In this document: positions 37,195-44,928 of the stretch, in pieces
Numbering within the stretch: the first letter of the stretch is position 1
How the letters are laid out: every line of letters starts with the position of its first letter
From: Escherichia phage 348Ecol098PP
Sequence record: OR062947.1
Length of the DNA: 64,000 bases
Strand: one strand, 5' to 3'
Notes under the pieces: model-generated
Databases searched by the model: none
Told to the model about the DNA's origin: nothing
What the model saw: only the letters and a program-made list of their open reading frames with translations
Made by a program: the position numbers and the translations under genes

Positions 37195-38112
37195 ATGGAT
37201 TTAGAAATGATGTTGGATGAAGATTACAAAGAAGGTATTGCACTTGCTGACTTTAGTAACATTGCATTAGCAGCCGCGTTAAACAACTTTGAAGACGGTG
37301 ATAAAATTACTGTTCCAATGGTTCGACATGTAATCTTGAATTCAATTCGTAAAAACGTAGTGATGTTCCGTAAGCAAGGCTATACAAAATTTGTATTGTG
37401 TATGGATAATGCTACTTCAGGTTATTGGCGTCGTGACTTTGCTTACTATTACAAGAAAAATCGTAAAACCGATCGTGAAGCTTCAAAGTGGGATTGGGAA
37501 GGATATTTTACTGCACTCCATCAAGTTGTTGATGAGATTAAGAAATACATGCCATACGTTGTAATGGATATTGACAAGTATGAAGCGGATGACCATATTG
37601 GTGTATTAACTAAATATTTGTCATTAGCTGGTCATAAGGTATGTATTGTTGCATCAGATGGTGACTTTACACAATTACACAAATATCCTAACGTTAAACA
37701 GTGGTCGCCACCACAGAAAAAATGGGTTAAAATTAAGAACGGTTCTGCTGAAATTGATTGCATGACTAAAATTCTTAAAGGTGACCGTAAGGATGGTGTC
37801 GCATCGGTTCGAGTTCGTGGCGACTTCTGGTTTACCAGAGTTGAAGGTGAACGAACTCCAAGCATGAAAACATCAATTATTGAAGCAATTGCTAACGACC
37901 GTTCTCAAGCTGAAGTATTATTAAGTGCAGAAGAATATAAACGGTATCAAGAAAATTTGGTTCTCATTGATTTTGATTATATCCCTGATAATATTGCTTC
38001 AACCATTATAGAGTATTATAACTCATATAAACCACAACCTAAAGGCAAGATTTATTCATACTTTGTAAAATCTGGTCTTTCTAAATTAACAAGTGTAATT
38101 AATGAATTCTGA
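37195..38112 (+). CDS. rnh: RNase H (5'-3' exonuclease, FEN-1 family)
   Basis: 305 aa; MDLEMMLDEDYKEGI...SGYWRRDFAYYYKKNR...YEADDHI..L...SDGDFTQLHKYPNVKQWSP..KKWVKIK.GSAEIDCMTKILKGD matches remembered T4 RNase H. Confidence 0.9.
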   Translation: MDLEMMLDEDYKEGIALADFSNIALAAALNNFEDGDKITVPMVRHVILNSIRKNVVMFRKQGYTKFVLCMDNATSGYWRRDFAYYYKKNRKTDREASKWDWEGYFTALHQVVDEIKKYMPYVVMDIDKYEADDHIGVLTKYLSLAGHKVCIVASDGDFTQLHKYPNVKQWSPPQKKWVKIKNGSAEIDCMTKILKGDRKDGVASVRVRGDFWFTRVEGERTPSMKTSIIEAIANDRSQAEVLLSAEEYKRYQENLVLIDFDYIPDNIASTIIEYYNSYKPQPKGKIYSYFVKSGLSKLTSVINEF

Positions 38113-38119
38113 GGTAAAC

Positions 38120-38389
38120 ATGGCTAAGAAAGAAGCAGTTGAATTTAATCAAGATGTGCATGGTGAAGAACTGGCTAAACTAGTCAAGGAAGCTTCCGAT
38201 AACAAACTTAAAATTTCTGGTTATAATGAACTGATTAAAGACATTCGTACTCGTGCTAAAGAAGAGCTTGGTGTCGATGGAAAAATGTTTAATCGTTTGT
38301 TAGCTCTTTATCATAAAGACGCTCGTGACCAATTTGAAGCTGAAAATGAAGAGGTAGTCGAGCTTTATGACACAGTTTTCACTAAGTGA
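38120..38389 (+). CDS. dsbA: dsDNA-binding protein DsbA (late transcription enhancer)
   Basis: ATG at 38120 with gaggt SD; 89 aa; MAKKE.VEF...KLKISGYNELIKDIR.RAK.ELGVDGKMFNRLLALYHKD matches remembered T4 DsbA. Confidence 0.8.
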   Translation: MAKKEAVEFNQDVHGEELAKLVKEASDNKLKISGYNELIKDIRTRAKEELGVDGKMFNRLLALYHKDARDQFEAENEEVVELYDTVFTK

Positions 38390-38705
38390 TATTAAACCGG
38401 TTGATGAGGCCGGTTTATCTGAACAAGAATTAGCAGTAAAACACGATAAAGATGATATCGCTAAATTGCTTGACCGACAAGAAAACGGATTCATTATAGA
38501 ATCCATGGTTGAACAATTTGGTATGTCTTATTTAGAAGCAACAACTGCGTTCTTGGAAGAAAATTCTATTCCAGAAACACAATTTGCTAAATTTATTCCT
38601 ACAGGAATTGTTGAAAAAATTACAAGCGAAGCAATTGACGAAAACATGCTTCGCCCGTCAGTTGCTCGTGGTGAAAAAACTAATACGTTAGATTTCTTAT
38701 TATGA
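38367..38705 (+). CDS. 33: late transcription co-activator gp33
   Basis: 112 aa ORF between dsbA and the 59/32 region. Confidence 0.75.
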   Translation: MTQFSLSDIKPVDEAGLSEQELAVKHDKDDIAKLLDRQENGFIIESMVEQFGMSYLEATTAFLEENSIPETQFAKFIPTGIVEKITSEAIDENMLRPSVARGEKTNTLDFLL

Positions 38706-39385
38706 AATACGTTGTGTATAAAACTACCAATAAAATAAATGGTAAAATTTATATAGGCGTACACAAAAAACATAAAGAGAAAGATTGGTATATTGGATCA
38801 GGCCGCGCTATATTAGCGGCCAAAGCTAAATATGGACTAAAAAATTTTTATACCGAAATTCTTTATGAATATGATAATGACAAGGACGCCTATAAAAAAG
38901 AAGCAGAATTGGTTAATGAAGATTTTGTTTTGCGAACTGATACTTATAACTTAGTTCCCGGTGGTAAAGGTGGCCCTGGTAAAAAACAAAGTGATGAAGC
39001 TAAAAGGGCTATTTCACTTTCTAAATTAGGTAAACCTAGATCTGAAGAGACTAAGGCTAAAGTATCTAAAACCAGATTAGAAAGAAAAATACCATCCCCT
39101 AATAAGGGTAAGAAACTATCTGAAGCTCATAAATTAGCTTTGAGTAAAGTCCGAAAAGGGCGAAAAACGAATAAGCCGATGCCTGATTCAACCAAAGAAG
39201 CTCTTAGAATAGCAAATTCAAAGCCGCATTCTAAAGAAAGAACTATTAAAAAACAAAAACCTATAATTATTGATGGTATAAAATACTCATCATGCACAGA
39301 AGTTTCGGATGTTTTTAATATTTCTGCATCTCTAGTTACGTATAGACTTAAATCTTCAAAATGGCCTGGATGGAACTATGATTAA
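38702..39385 (+). CDS. free-standing GIY-YIG homing endonuclease (Seg-like)
   Basis: 227 aa; N-terminal YKTTNKINGKIYIGV GIY-YIG module; basic C-terminal DNA-binding tail; inserted between 33 and 59. Confidence 0.75.
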   Translation: MKYVVYKTTNKINGKIYIGVHKKHKEKDWYIGSGRAILAAKAKYGLKNFYTEILYEYDNDKDAYKKEAELVNEDFVLRTDTYNLVPGGKGGPGKKQSDEAKRAISLSKLGKPRSEETKAKVSKTRLERKIPSPNKGKKLSEAHKLALSKVRKGRKTNKPMPDSTKEALRIANSKPHSKERTIKKQKPIIIDGIKYSSCTEVSDVFNISASLVTYRLKSSKWPGWNYD

Positions 39386-40031
39386 AATACGCATGCCTCC
39401 TGACGGAGAACGTTATATTAACGGTAAATCAGTATATAAACTATACTTGATGTGCAAAAACCACTTTGGTGGTCGGTATGACGTAATCAAATATAACTGG
39501 TGCATGCGTGTTTCGGATAATGCGTATCAAAAACGTCGAGATAAATATTTCTTTGAAAAACTAGCAGAGAAATATAAATTGAAGGAACTCACCTTGATAT
39601 TCATAAGCAACTTAGTTGCTAACCAAGACGCATGGATTGGTGAGATATCAGACGCTGATGCATTAGTTTTCTATAGGGAATATATTGGACGACTAAAACA
39701 AGCTAAAGAGACGTTTGCTGAAGACGTACGTAACATCTACTATTTCAGTAAGAAAGTTGAAGTTAGTGCGCTTCAAGAGATATTTGATTATAATAATAAA
39801 GTTCAGTCGAGCTACATATTTAAATTGCTACAAAGCAATATAATTTCATTTGAAACTTTCTTATTGTTGGACTCGTTTTTGAATATTATAGATAAGCACG
39901 ACGAACTCACCGATAACTTAGTCTGGCAAAATTATTCTACCAAATTAAAGGCATATCGAAAAATACTTCAAATCGATAGAAATGCTGCTAAGAAATTGTT
40001 CATAGAAACAATCAAATCATGTAAGTATTAA
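39378..40031 (+). CDS. 59: helicase loader gp59
   Basis: 217 aa; MIK.RMP..GERYI.GKSVYKLYLM.K.H..G.YDVIKYNWCMRVSD.AYQKRRDKYFF.KL.EKYKLKEL matches remembered T4 gp59. Confidence 0.9.
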   Translation: MIKIRMPPDGERYINGKSVYKLYLMCKNHFGGRYDVIKYNWCMRVSDNAYQKRRDKYFFEKLAEKYKLKELTLIFISNLVANQDAWIGEISDADALVFYREYIGRLKQAKETFAEDVRNIYYFSKKVEVSALQEIFDYNNKVQSSYIFKLLQSNIISFETFLLLDSFLNIIDKHDELTDNLVWQNYSTKLKAYRKILQIDRNAAKKLFIETIKSCKY

Positions 40032-40060
40032 GCTTTATTTCTTGTGTGTTAAAATTACTT

Positions 40061-40068
40061 TATAAATA
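40061..40068 (+). promoter_or_regulatory. T4 late promoter TATAAATA upstream of gene 32
   Basis: exact TATAAATA at 40061-40068. Confidence 0.5.
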
Positions 40069-40078
40069 AAACATACCA

Positions 40079-40147
40079 GCTACGAGGTATAAGTGTCGTA
40101 GCAACCAACTGTAAATAAATTAAATAATCTAAATAAAGGTAAATATA
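40079..40147 (+). promoter_or_regulatory. gene 32 mRNA leader: hairpin plus A/U-rich unstructured tract (candidate gp32 translational operator)
   Basis: gctacga...tcgtagc stem (40079-40102) followed by an about 45-nt A/U-rich tract up to the AUG. Confidence 0.55.
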
Positions 40148-41050
40148 ATGTTTAAACGTAAATCTACTGCTGACCTCGCTGCTCAAATGGCTAAACTGAA
40201 TGGTAACAAAGGTTTCTCTTCAGAAGATAAAGGCGAATGGAAGCTGAAGCTAGATGCATCCGGTAATGGTCAAGCGGTAATTCGTTTCTTGCCAGCAAAA
40301 ACTGATGATGCACTACCATTTGCAATTCTTGTTAACCACGGTTTCAAGAAAAATGGTAAATGGTATATTGAAAATTGCTCTTCTACACACGGTGATTATG
40401 ACTCTTGTCCTGTATGTCAGTACATTAGTAAAAATGACCTGTACAATACTAACAAAAATGAATATTCTCAACTGAAACGTAAAACTTCTTATTGGGCTAA
40501 TATTCTGGTTGTTAAAGACCCTCAAGCTCCAGATAACGAAGGTAAAGTATTTAAATATCGTTTCGGTAAAAAGATTTGGGACAAAATCAATGCAATGATT
40601 GCTGTTGATACCGAAATGGGTGAAACTCCAGTTGATGTTACTTGTCCGTTTGAAGGTGCCAACTTCGTTCTGAAAGCTAAGCAGGTTTCTGGTTTTAGCA
40701 ACTATGACGAATCTAAATTCTTGGGTCAATCTGAAATTCCTCGTATTAATGACGAAGCATTCCAGAAAGAACTATATGACCAGATGGTAGATCTTACTAC
40801 TTTGACGGCTAAAGACCAGTTCAAATCCTTTGAAAAATTAAATGAATCTTTCGCTAAGGTTCTTGGTACTGCCGCTCTTGGTGGTGCAGCAGCCGCAGCA
40901 GCTTCTGTTGCAGATAAAGTTGCTTCTGACCTTGACGATTTTGATAAAGACATGGAAGCCTTTAGTTCTGCAAAAACTGAAGATGACTTCATGAGCTCTA
41001 CCTCATCCTCTGATGATGGTGACCTCGATGACCTGTTAGCTGGTCTATAA
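40148..41050 (+). CDS. 32: single-stranded DNA-binding protein gp32
   Basis: 300 aa; [16 protein letters not shown]...FLP; acidic C-terminal tail. Confidence 0.92.
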   Translation: MFKRKSTADLAAQMAKLNGNKGFSSEDKGEWKLKLDASGNGQAVIRFLPAKTDDALPFAILVNHGFKKNGKWYIENCSSTHGDYDSCPVCQYISKNDLYNTNKNEYSQLKRKTSYWANILVVKDPQAPDNEGKVFKYRFGKKIWDKINAMIAVDTEMGETPVDVTCPFEGANFVLKAKQVSGFSNYDESKFLGQSEIPRINDEAFQKELYDQMVDLTTLTAKDQFKSFEKLNESFAKVLGTAALGGAAAAAASVADKVASDLDDFDKDMEAFSSAKTEDDFMSSTSSSDDGDLDDLLAGL

Positions 41051-41056
41051 TAAATT

Positions 41057-41078
41057 GGGAGACTTCGGTCTCCCTTTT
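41057..41078 (+). terminator. rho-independent terminator
   Basis: gggagacttcggtctccc hairpin followed by tttt. Confidence 0.8.
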
Positions 41079-41105
41079 GAGTATCTGTAAATTGCCGAAA
41101 AAGTT

Positions 41106-41136
41106 GTTTACTTCTTCCCTGGATGTGTTAGTATAG
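41106..41136 (+). promoter_or_regulatory. early promoter cassette (family C)
   Basis: gtttacttcttccctggatgtgttagtatagacctatcaa. Confidence 0.5.
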
Positions 41137-41163
41137 ACCTATCAACAACATGAGGAAATCAAA

Positions 41164-41568
41164 ATGGAAATCGGAAAATCTTATATCATTAACCCTTTAT
41201 TTAAAGATGACTTTGTTCAAGAAGCACCACACAATAACGCTAAGATGTTAAAATTGATTGAACTCCACGGGCCTAGTTTTGTTGTAAACGGAATGGAACC
41301 TGATTATGATAGCGATACGTCAAACGTAGTAAGTGTAACTATGGAAGATGGTACTGTATGTTCTGCCGGTGGTGAAATTGAAACTTATTTTGAGATTTAT
41401 CCTGACGAGTTCAAATACTTTATTGAGTACTTTACTGAGGTAACTTTAGAAAAGCCTCAACCTACTAACGAAGGTATAACTTTAGGTGTAACAAAAATCC
41501 ATTGTATCGTAGATGAAACCAACGTCGACGAAATCATCAAACTTTTGCAAAAAACTTTTAAAAAGTAG
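41164..41568 (+). CDS. hypothetical protein
   Basis: 134 aa; catgaggaa SD. Confidence 0.5.
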   Translation: MEIGKSYIINPLFKDDFVQEAPHNNAKMLKLIELHGPSFVVNGMEPDYDSDTSNVVSVTMEDGTVCSAGGEIETYFEIYPDEFKYFIEYFTEVTLEKPQPTNEGITLGVTKIHCIVDETNVDEIIKLLQKTFKK

Positions 41569-41604
41569 TGTACAATCAGATAGGGTTATGTTATAGTAGC
41601 CCTA
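41568..41604 (+). promoter_or_regulatory. early promoter cassette (family B)
   Basis: gtgtacaatcagatagggttatgttatagtagccctatcaa. Confidence 0.5.
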
Positions 41605-41632
41605 TCAAATCAAAAGTGAAGCGGAGAATAAA

Positions 41633-41881
41633 ATGAGATTGCAACGCCAGAGCATCAAAGATTCGGAAGTTAGAGGTAAATGGTACTTCAACATCGTCGG
41701 TAAAGACGCTGAACTCCTTGAACAAGCTGAAGAAGCTTTACGAGAAATGGGTTGGAACGAAGAATGTGATGGATGTCCACTCTACGAAGATGGTGAAAGT
41801 GCAGGATTCTGGATTTATCATTCTGACGTCGATCAGTTTAAAGCTGATTGGAAAGTTGTTAAGAAAAATCTGAGGAAATAA
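41633..41881 (+). CDS. hypothetical protein
   Basis: 82 aa; gcggagaa SD. Confidence 0.5.
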   Translation: MRLQRQSIKDSEVRGKWYFNIVGKDAELLEQAEEALREMGWNEECDGCPLYEDGESAGFWIYHSDVDQFKADWKVVKKNLRK

Positions 41882-41883
41882 TT

Positions 41884-42132
41884 ATGAATGTTGTTGTTGA
41901 ATACTCTCAAGGCGCTGATGTCGGATATGAAGTTTATACTTCAGTTAATTTAGACCATCCGGATTTGGCCGAATTCATTGGCGACGCATTTGATTTGTCT
42001 GGGCGATACACAACAAAACCTCGCGTTTGTGTTATAACATTTGACCCGACCGACGGCTGTCAAATCCAGACTGATTTGGTTTCTTCTAAATCACAAATCC
42101 AAAAAGTTATTAAAGGACTTAAAAATGCTTAA
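41884..42132 (+). CDS. hypothetical protein
   Basis: 82 aa; stop overlaps the frd start. Confidence 0.5.
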   Translation: MNVVVEYSQGADVGYEVYTSVNLDHPDLAEFIGDAFDLSGRYTTKPRVCVITFDPTDGCQIQTDLVSSKSQIQKVIKGLKNA

Positions 42133-42712
42133 ATTAGTATTCGCATGTGCTCCGACTAAAACAGTTGATGATAAGCTGGAATATGCTTTTGGATTAGGTG
42201 ATGGACTTCCATGGAAGCATATCAAACAAGATATGAGTAACTTTGTTGCTCGCACTAAAAACACTGTAATGGTTATGGGTGCTAAGACTTTTGCATCATT
42301 ACCTCGTCTACTCCAAGACCGTACTCATGTGGTTGTCACTGATATGGCCAGAAAACTGCCTAGGACTAAAACCAACGAACTTGCACGGTTCTATATCACC
42401 CAATCTGAATTTATTACCTTGGTAACAGGTGGTGAAATTAACCTGTTTAGCCCTGCAACTGATGTACCGTTTAAACTTTCTACTGAACATGTTGATGTAT
42501 CTGTTATCGGCGGTCCTGCTTTATTAAAACAAGCACTGCCTTATGCCGATGAAATCGTGATGACTAAAATCATTAAGAAATGTCGTGTTAATTCCGATGT
42601 TCAACTTGATAAAGATTTCGTCCAAGATATTATGCTTCAACGTTCTATGGTAGAATCTCATTACTACAGAATCGATGAACTCACCGAAATTACTGAGAGC
42701 GTGTATAAATGA
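42125..42712 (+). CDS. frd: dihydrofolate reductase
   Basis: ATG at 42125 (track ORF extended upstream to 42041); MLKLVFA... DHFR-like; directly upstream of td as in T4. Confidence 0.8.
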   Translation: MLKLVFACAPTKTVDDKLEYAFGLGDGLPWKHIKQDMSNFVARTKNTVMVMGAKTFASLPRLLQDRTHVVVTDMARKLPRTKTNELARFYITQSEFITLVTGGEINLFSPATDVPFKLSTEHVDVSVIGGPALLKQALPYADEIVMTKIIKKCRVNSDVQLDKDFVQDIMLQRSMVESHYYRIDELTEITESVYK

Positions 42713-43257
42713 AACAATACCAATACCTGATTAATGATATCCTAGAAAATGGTTATGAAACAGACGACCGTACAGGTACCGGCACTATTGCCCTGTTCGG
42801 AACTAAATTGCGATGGGATCTGACTAAAGGATTCCCTGCGGTAACAACTAAGAAATTAGCATGGAAAGCTTGTATTGCCGAGCTATTATGGTTCATGTCT
42901 GGTTCTACCAATGTTAATGATTTGCGTATTCGTACTCATGGTAGTCTTATTCAAGGTAAAACTATTTGGGACGACAACTATGAAAATCAGGCAAAAGACC
43001 TTGGATATCATAGCGGCGAACTTGGTCCTATTTATGGTAAGCAATGGCGTGATTTCGGCGGTGTAGACCAATTGGTCAAAACTATCGACCGTATTAAAGC
43101 TCTTCCTAATGATCGTCGTCAAATAGTTTCTGCATGGAACCCGGCCGAAATTGACCAAATGGCTCTTCCTCCTTGTCATATGTTCTATCAATTTAATGTG
43201 CGTAATGGTCATCTTGATTTACAATGGTACCAACGAAGTGTTGATGTTTTCTTAGGT
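42709..43257 (+). CDS. td: thymidylate synthase, exon 1
   Basis: N-terminal TS sequence ...QYL.LI.DIL.NG....DRTGTGT...FG...R.DL...FP..TTKKL; exon ends ...VDVFLG at ttaggt, where the intron begins. Confidence 0.85.
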
Positions 43258-44273
43258 TAATTTAGGCCTAGGTATAAGGCGACTTATACTTGTAATCTAT
43301 CTAAACGGGGAACCTCTCTAGTAGACAATCCCGTGCTAAATTGTAGGACTACCCTTTAATAAATACTTCTATATAAAAAGAGGTGTTTATGAAAAGCGGA
43401 ATTTATCAGATTAAAAACACTTTAAACGGTAAAGTGTATGTTGGAAGTGCTAAAGATTTTGAGAAAAGATGGAAGAGACATTTTAAAGACCTTGAAAACG
43501 GTGTTCACTCTTCTATAAAATTTCAAAGGTCTTTTAATAAACATGGTAATGTTTTTGAATGCTCTGTACTGGAAGAAATTCCATATGAGAAAGATTTGAT
43601 TATTGAACGAGAAAATTTTTGGATTAAAGAGCTAAATTCTAAAATTAATGGATATAATATTGCTGATGCGTCTTTTGGCGATGTGCTTTCAAATCATCCA
43701 TTAAAAGAAGAAATTGCTAAGAAACGAGCTGAAACTGTTAAAGCTAAGATGCTTAAGCTTGGTCCTGATGGTCGGAAAGCTCTTTATGGTAAACACGGAA
43801 GTAAAAATGGCCGATGGAATCCAGAAAACCACAAGTTTTGTAAATGCGGTGTTCGCATACCATCTTCGGCCGATACTTGTGGAAAGTGCCGAAAACGTTC
43901 AGGTGAAAATAACCCGTTCTTTAATCACAAACATTCAGAAAAAACTAAAACTAAACTATCTGAAAAGATGAAAGGCAAAAAGCCAGCTAACATCAAAAAG
44001 ATTTCATGCGATGGGATTATTTTTGAATGTGCAGCCGATGCGGCTAGACATTTTGAAATTTCATCAGGATTAGTTACTTACCGTGTAAAATCTGATAAGT
44101 GGAATTGGTTCTACATAAATGCCTAACGACTATCCCTTTAGGGAGTAGGGTCAAGTGACTCGAAACGATAGACAACTTGCTTTAACAAGTTGGAGATATA
44201 GTCTGCTCTGCATGGTGACATGCAGCTGGATATAATTCCGGGATAAGATTAACGACCTTATCTGAACATAATG
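43258..44273 (+). mobile_element. group I self-splicing intron in td (1016 nt) carrying I-TevI
   Basis: starts taatttaggcctaggtataaggcgacttatacttgtaatctatctaaacggggaacc (matches remembered T4 td intron 5' end) and ends ...aacataatg before the exon 2 ctaccg; 5' splice site follows U. Confidence 0.85.
43389..44126 (+). CDS. I-TevI: intron-encoded GIY-YIG homing endonuclease I-TevI
   Basis: 245 aa from ATG 43389 (track start 43383 is GTG); MKSGIYQIKNTLNGKVYVGSAKDFEKRWKRHFKDLE...SSGLVTYRVKSDKWNWFYINA matches remembered I-TevI. Confidence 0.9.
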   Translation: MKSGIYQIKNTLNGKVYVGSAKDFEKRWKRHFKDLENGVHSSIKFQRSFNKHGNVFECSVLEEIPYEKDLIIERENFWIKELNSKINGYNIADASFGDVLSNHPLKEEIAKKRAETVKAKMLKLGPDGRKALYGKHGSKNGRWNPENHKFCKCGVRIPSSADTCGKCRKRSGENNPFFNHKHSEKTKTKLSEKMKGKKPANIKKISCDGIIFECAADAARHFEISSGLVTYRVKSDKWNWFYINA

Positions 44274-44585
44274 CTACCGTTCAACATTGCCTCGTACGCT
44301 GCCTTGACGCATATTGTAGCGAAGATGTGTAACCTTATCCCAGGTGATTTAGTGTTCTCAGGCGGCAACACGCATATCTACAGCAATCATGTAGAACAAT
44401 GCAAAGAAGTTCTTCGTCGTGAACCTAAAGAGTTATGTTCTCTTGAAATTAATTGGCCTAGTAATTTTGAGAATTGGCCTACAAAAATCCAAATGGACTG
44501 GGTTACTGGAACGATGACATATTCTGATTTCGTTCTTAAAAATTACGAATCACATCCAGCTATCAAAGCTAAAATGGCGGTATAA
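44274..44585 (+). CDS. td: thymidylate synthase, exon 2
   Basis: continues LPFNIASYA...; exon 1 plus exon 2 give 286 aa, the T4 TS length. Confidence 0.85.
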   Translation, partial: LPFNIASYAALTHIVAKMCNLIPGDLVFSGGNTHIYSNHVEQCKEVLRREPKELCSLEINWPSNFENWPTKIQMDWVTGTMTYSDFVLKNYESHPAIKAKMAV

Positions 44586-44586
44586 A

Positions 44587-44841
44587 ATGATTTTACGTTT
44601 TATTAATTCATATGGCACCACAATTTTTGAAATGAAAAATCCTACCGAACTAGATATCCCTTCACCGAATAGTGAAATCACAGTCAAAGGTGAACGATTC
44701 ATTTGCTATTCACATGAACGAATTTATGAATATCGTGAATTTTGTGGTGGTTACGGTATGGAAAAAGAACCATTGGTTTATTTCGATATCACGGTCTTGA
44801 CACCTAAAGAATACGAAGAAATTATTGCTGAGGATAATTAA
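44587..44841 (+). CDS. hypothetical protein
   Basis: 84 aa ORF between td and nrdA. Confidence 0.45.
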   Translation: MILRFINSYGTTIFEMKNPTELDIPSPNSEITVKGERFICYSHERIYEYREFCGGYGMEKEPLVYFDITVLTPKEYEEIIAEDN

Positions 44842-44928
44842 CGCTTCAGTTTAAAAGTGTATAATAAATTAACGGGATAAATACTATCCCGTTTGGAGTA
44901 ATGTCTATCAACCTATACTGAGGACTAT

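Noticed and set aside
43383-43388. N-terminal extensions in the ORF track from GTG/TTG starts (also 703, 1554, 3379, 5360, 12656, 47227, 56639, 60111)
   Set aside because: In each case an in-frame ATG with a proper Shine-Dalgarno lies a few codons downstream and matches the expected N-terminus; the upstream codons overlap the preceding gene or promoter.
44271-44273. ATG at the start of track ORF 44271-44585, which looks like an independent start for the thymidylate synthase C-terminal fragment
   Set aside because: This ATG is the 3' end of the td group I intron; exon 2 starts at 44274 and is joined to exon 1 by splicing.
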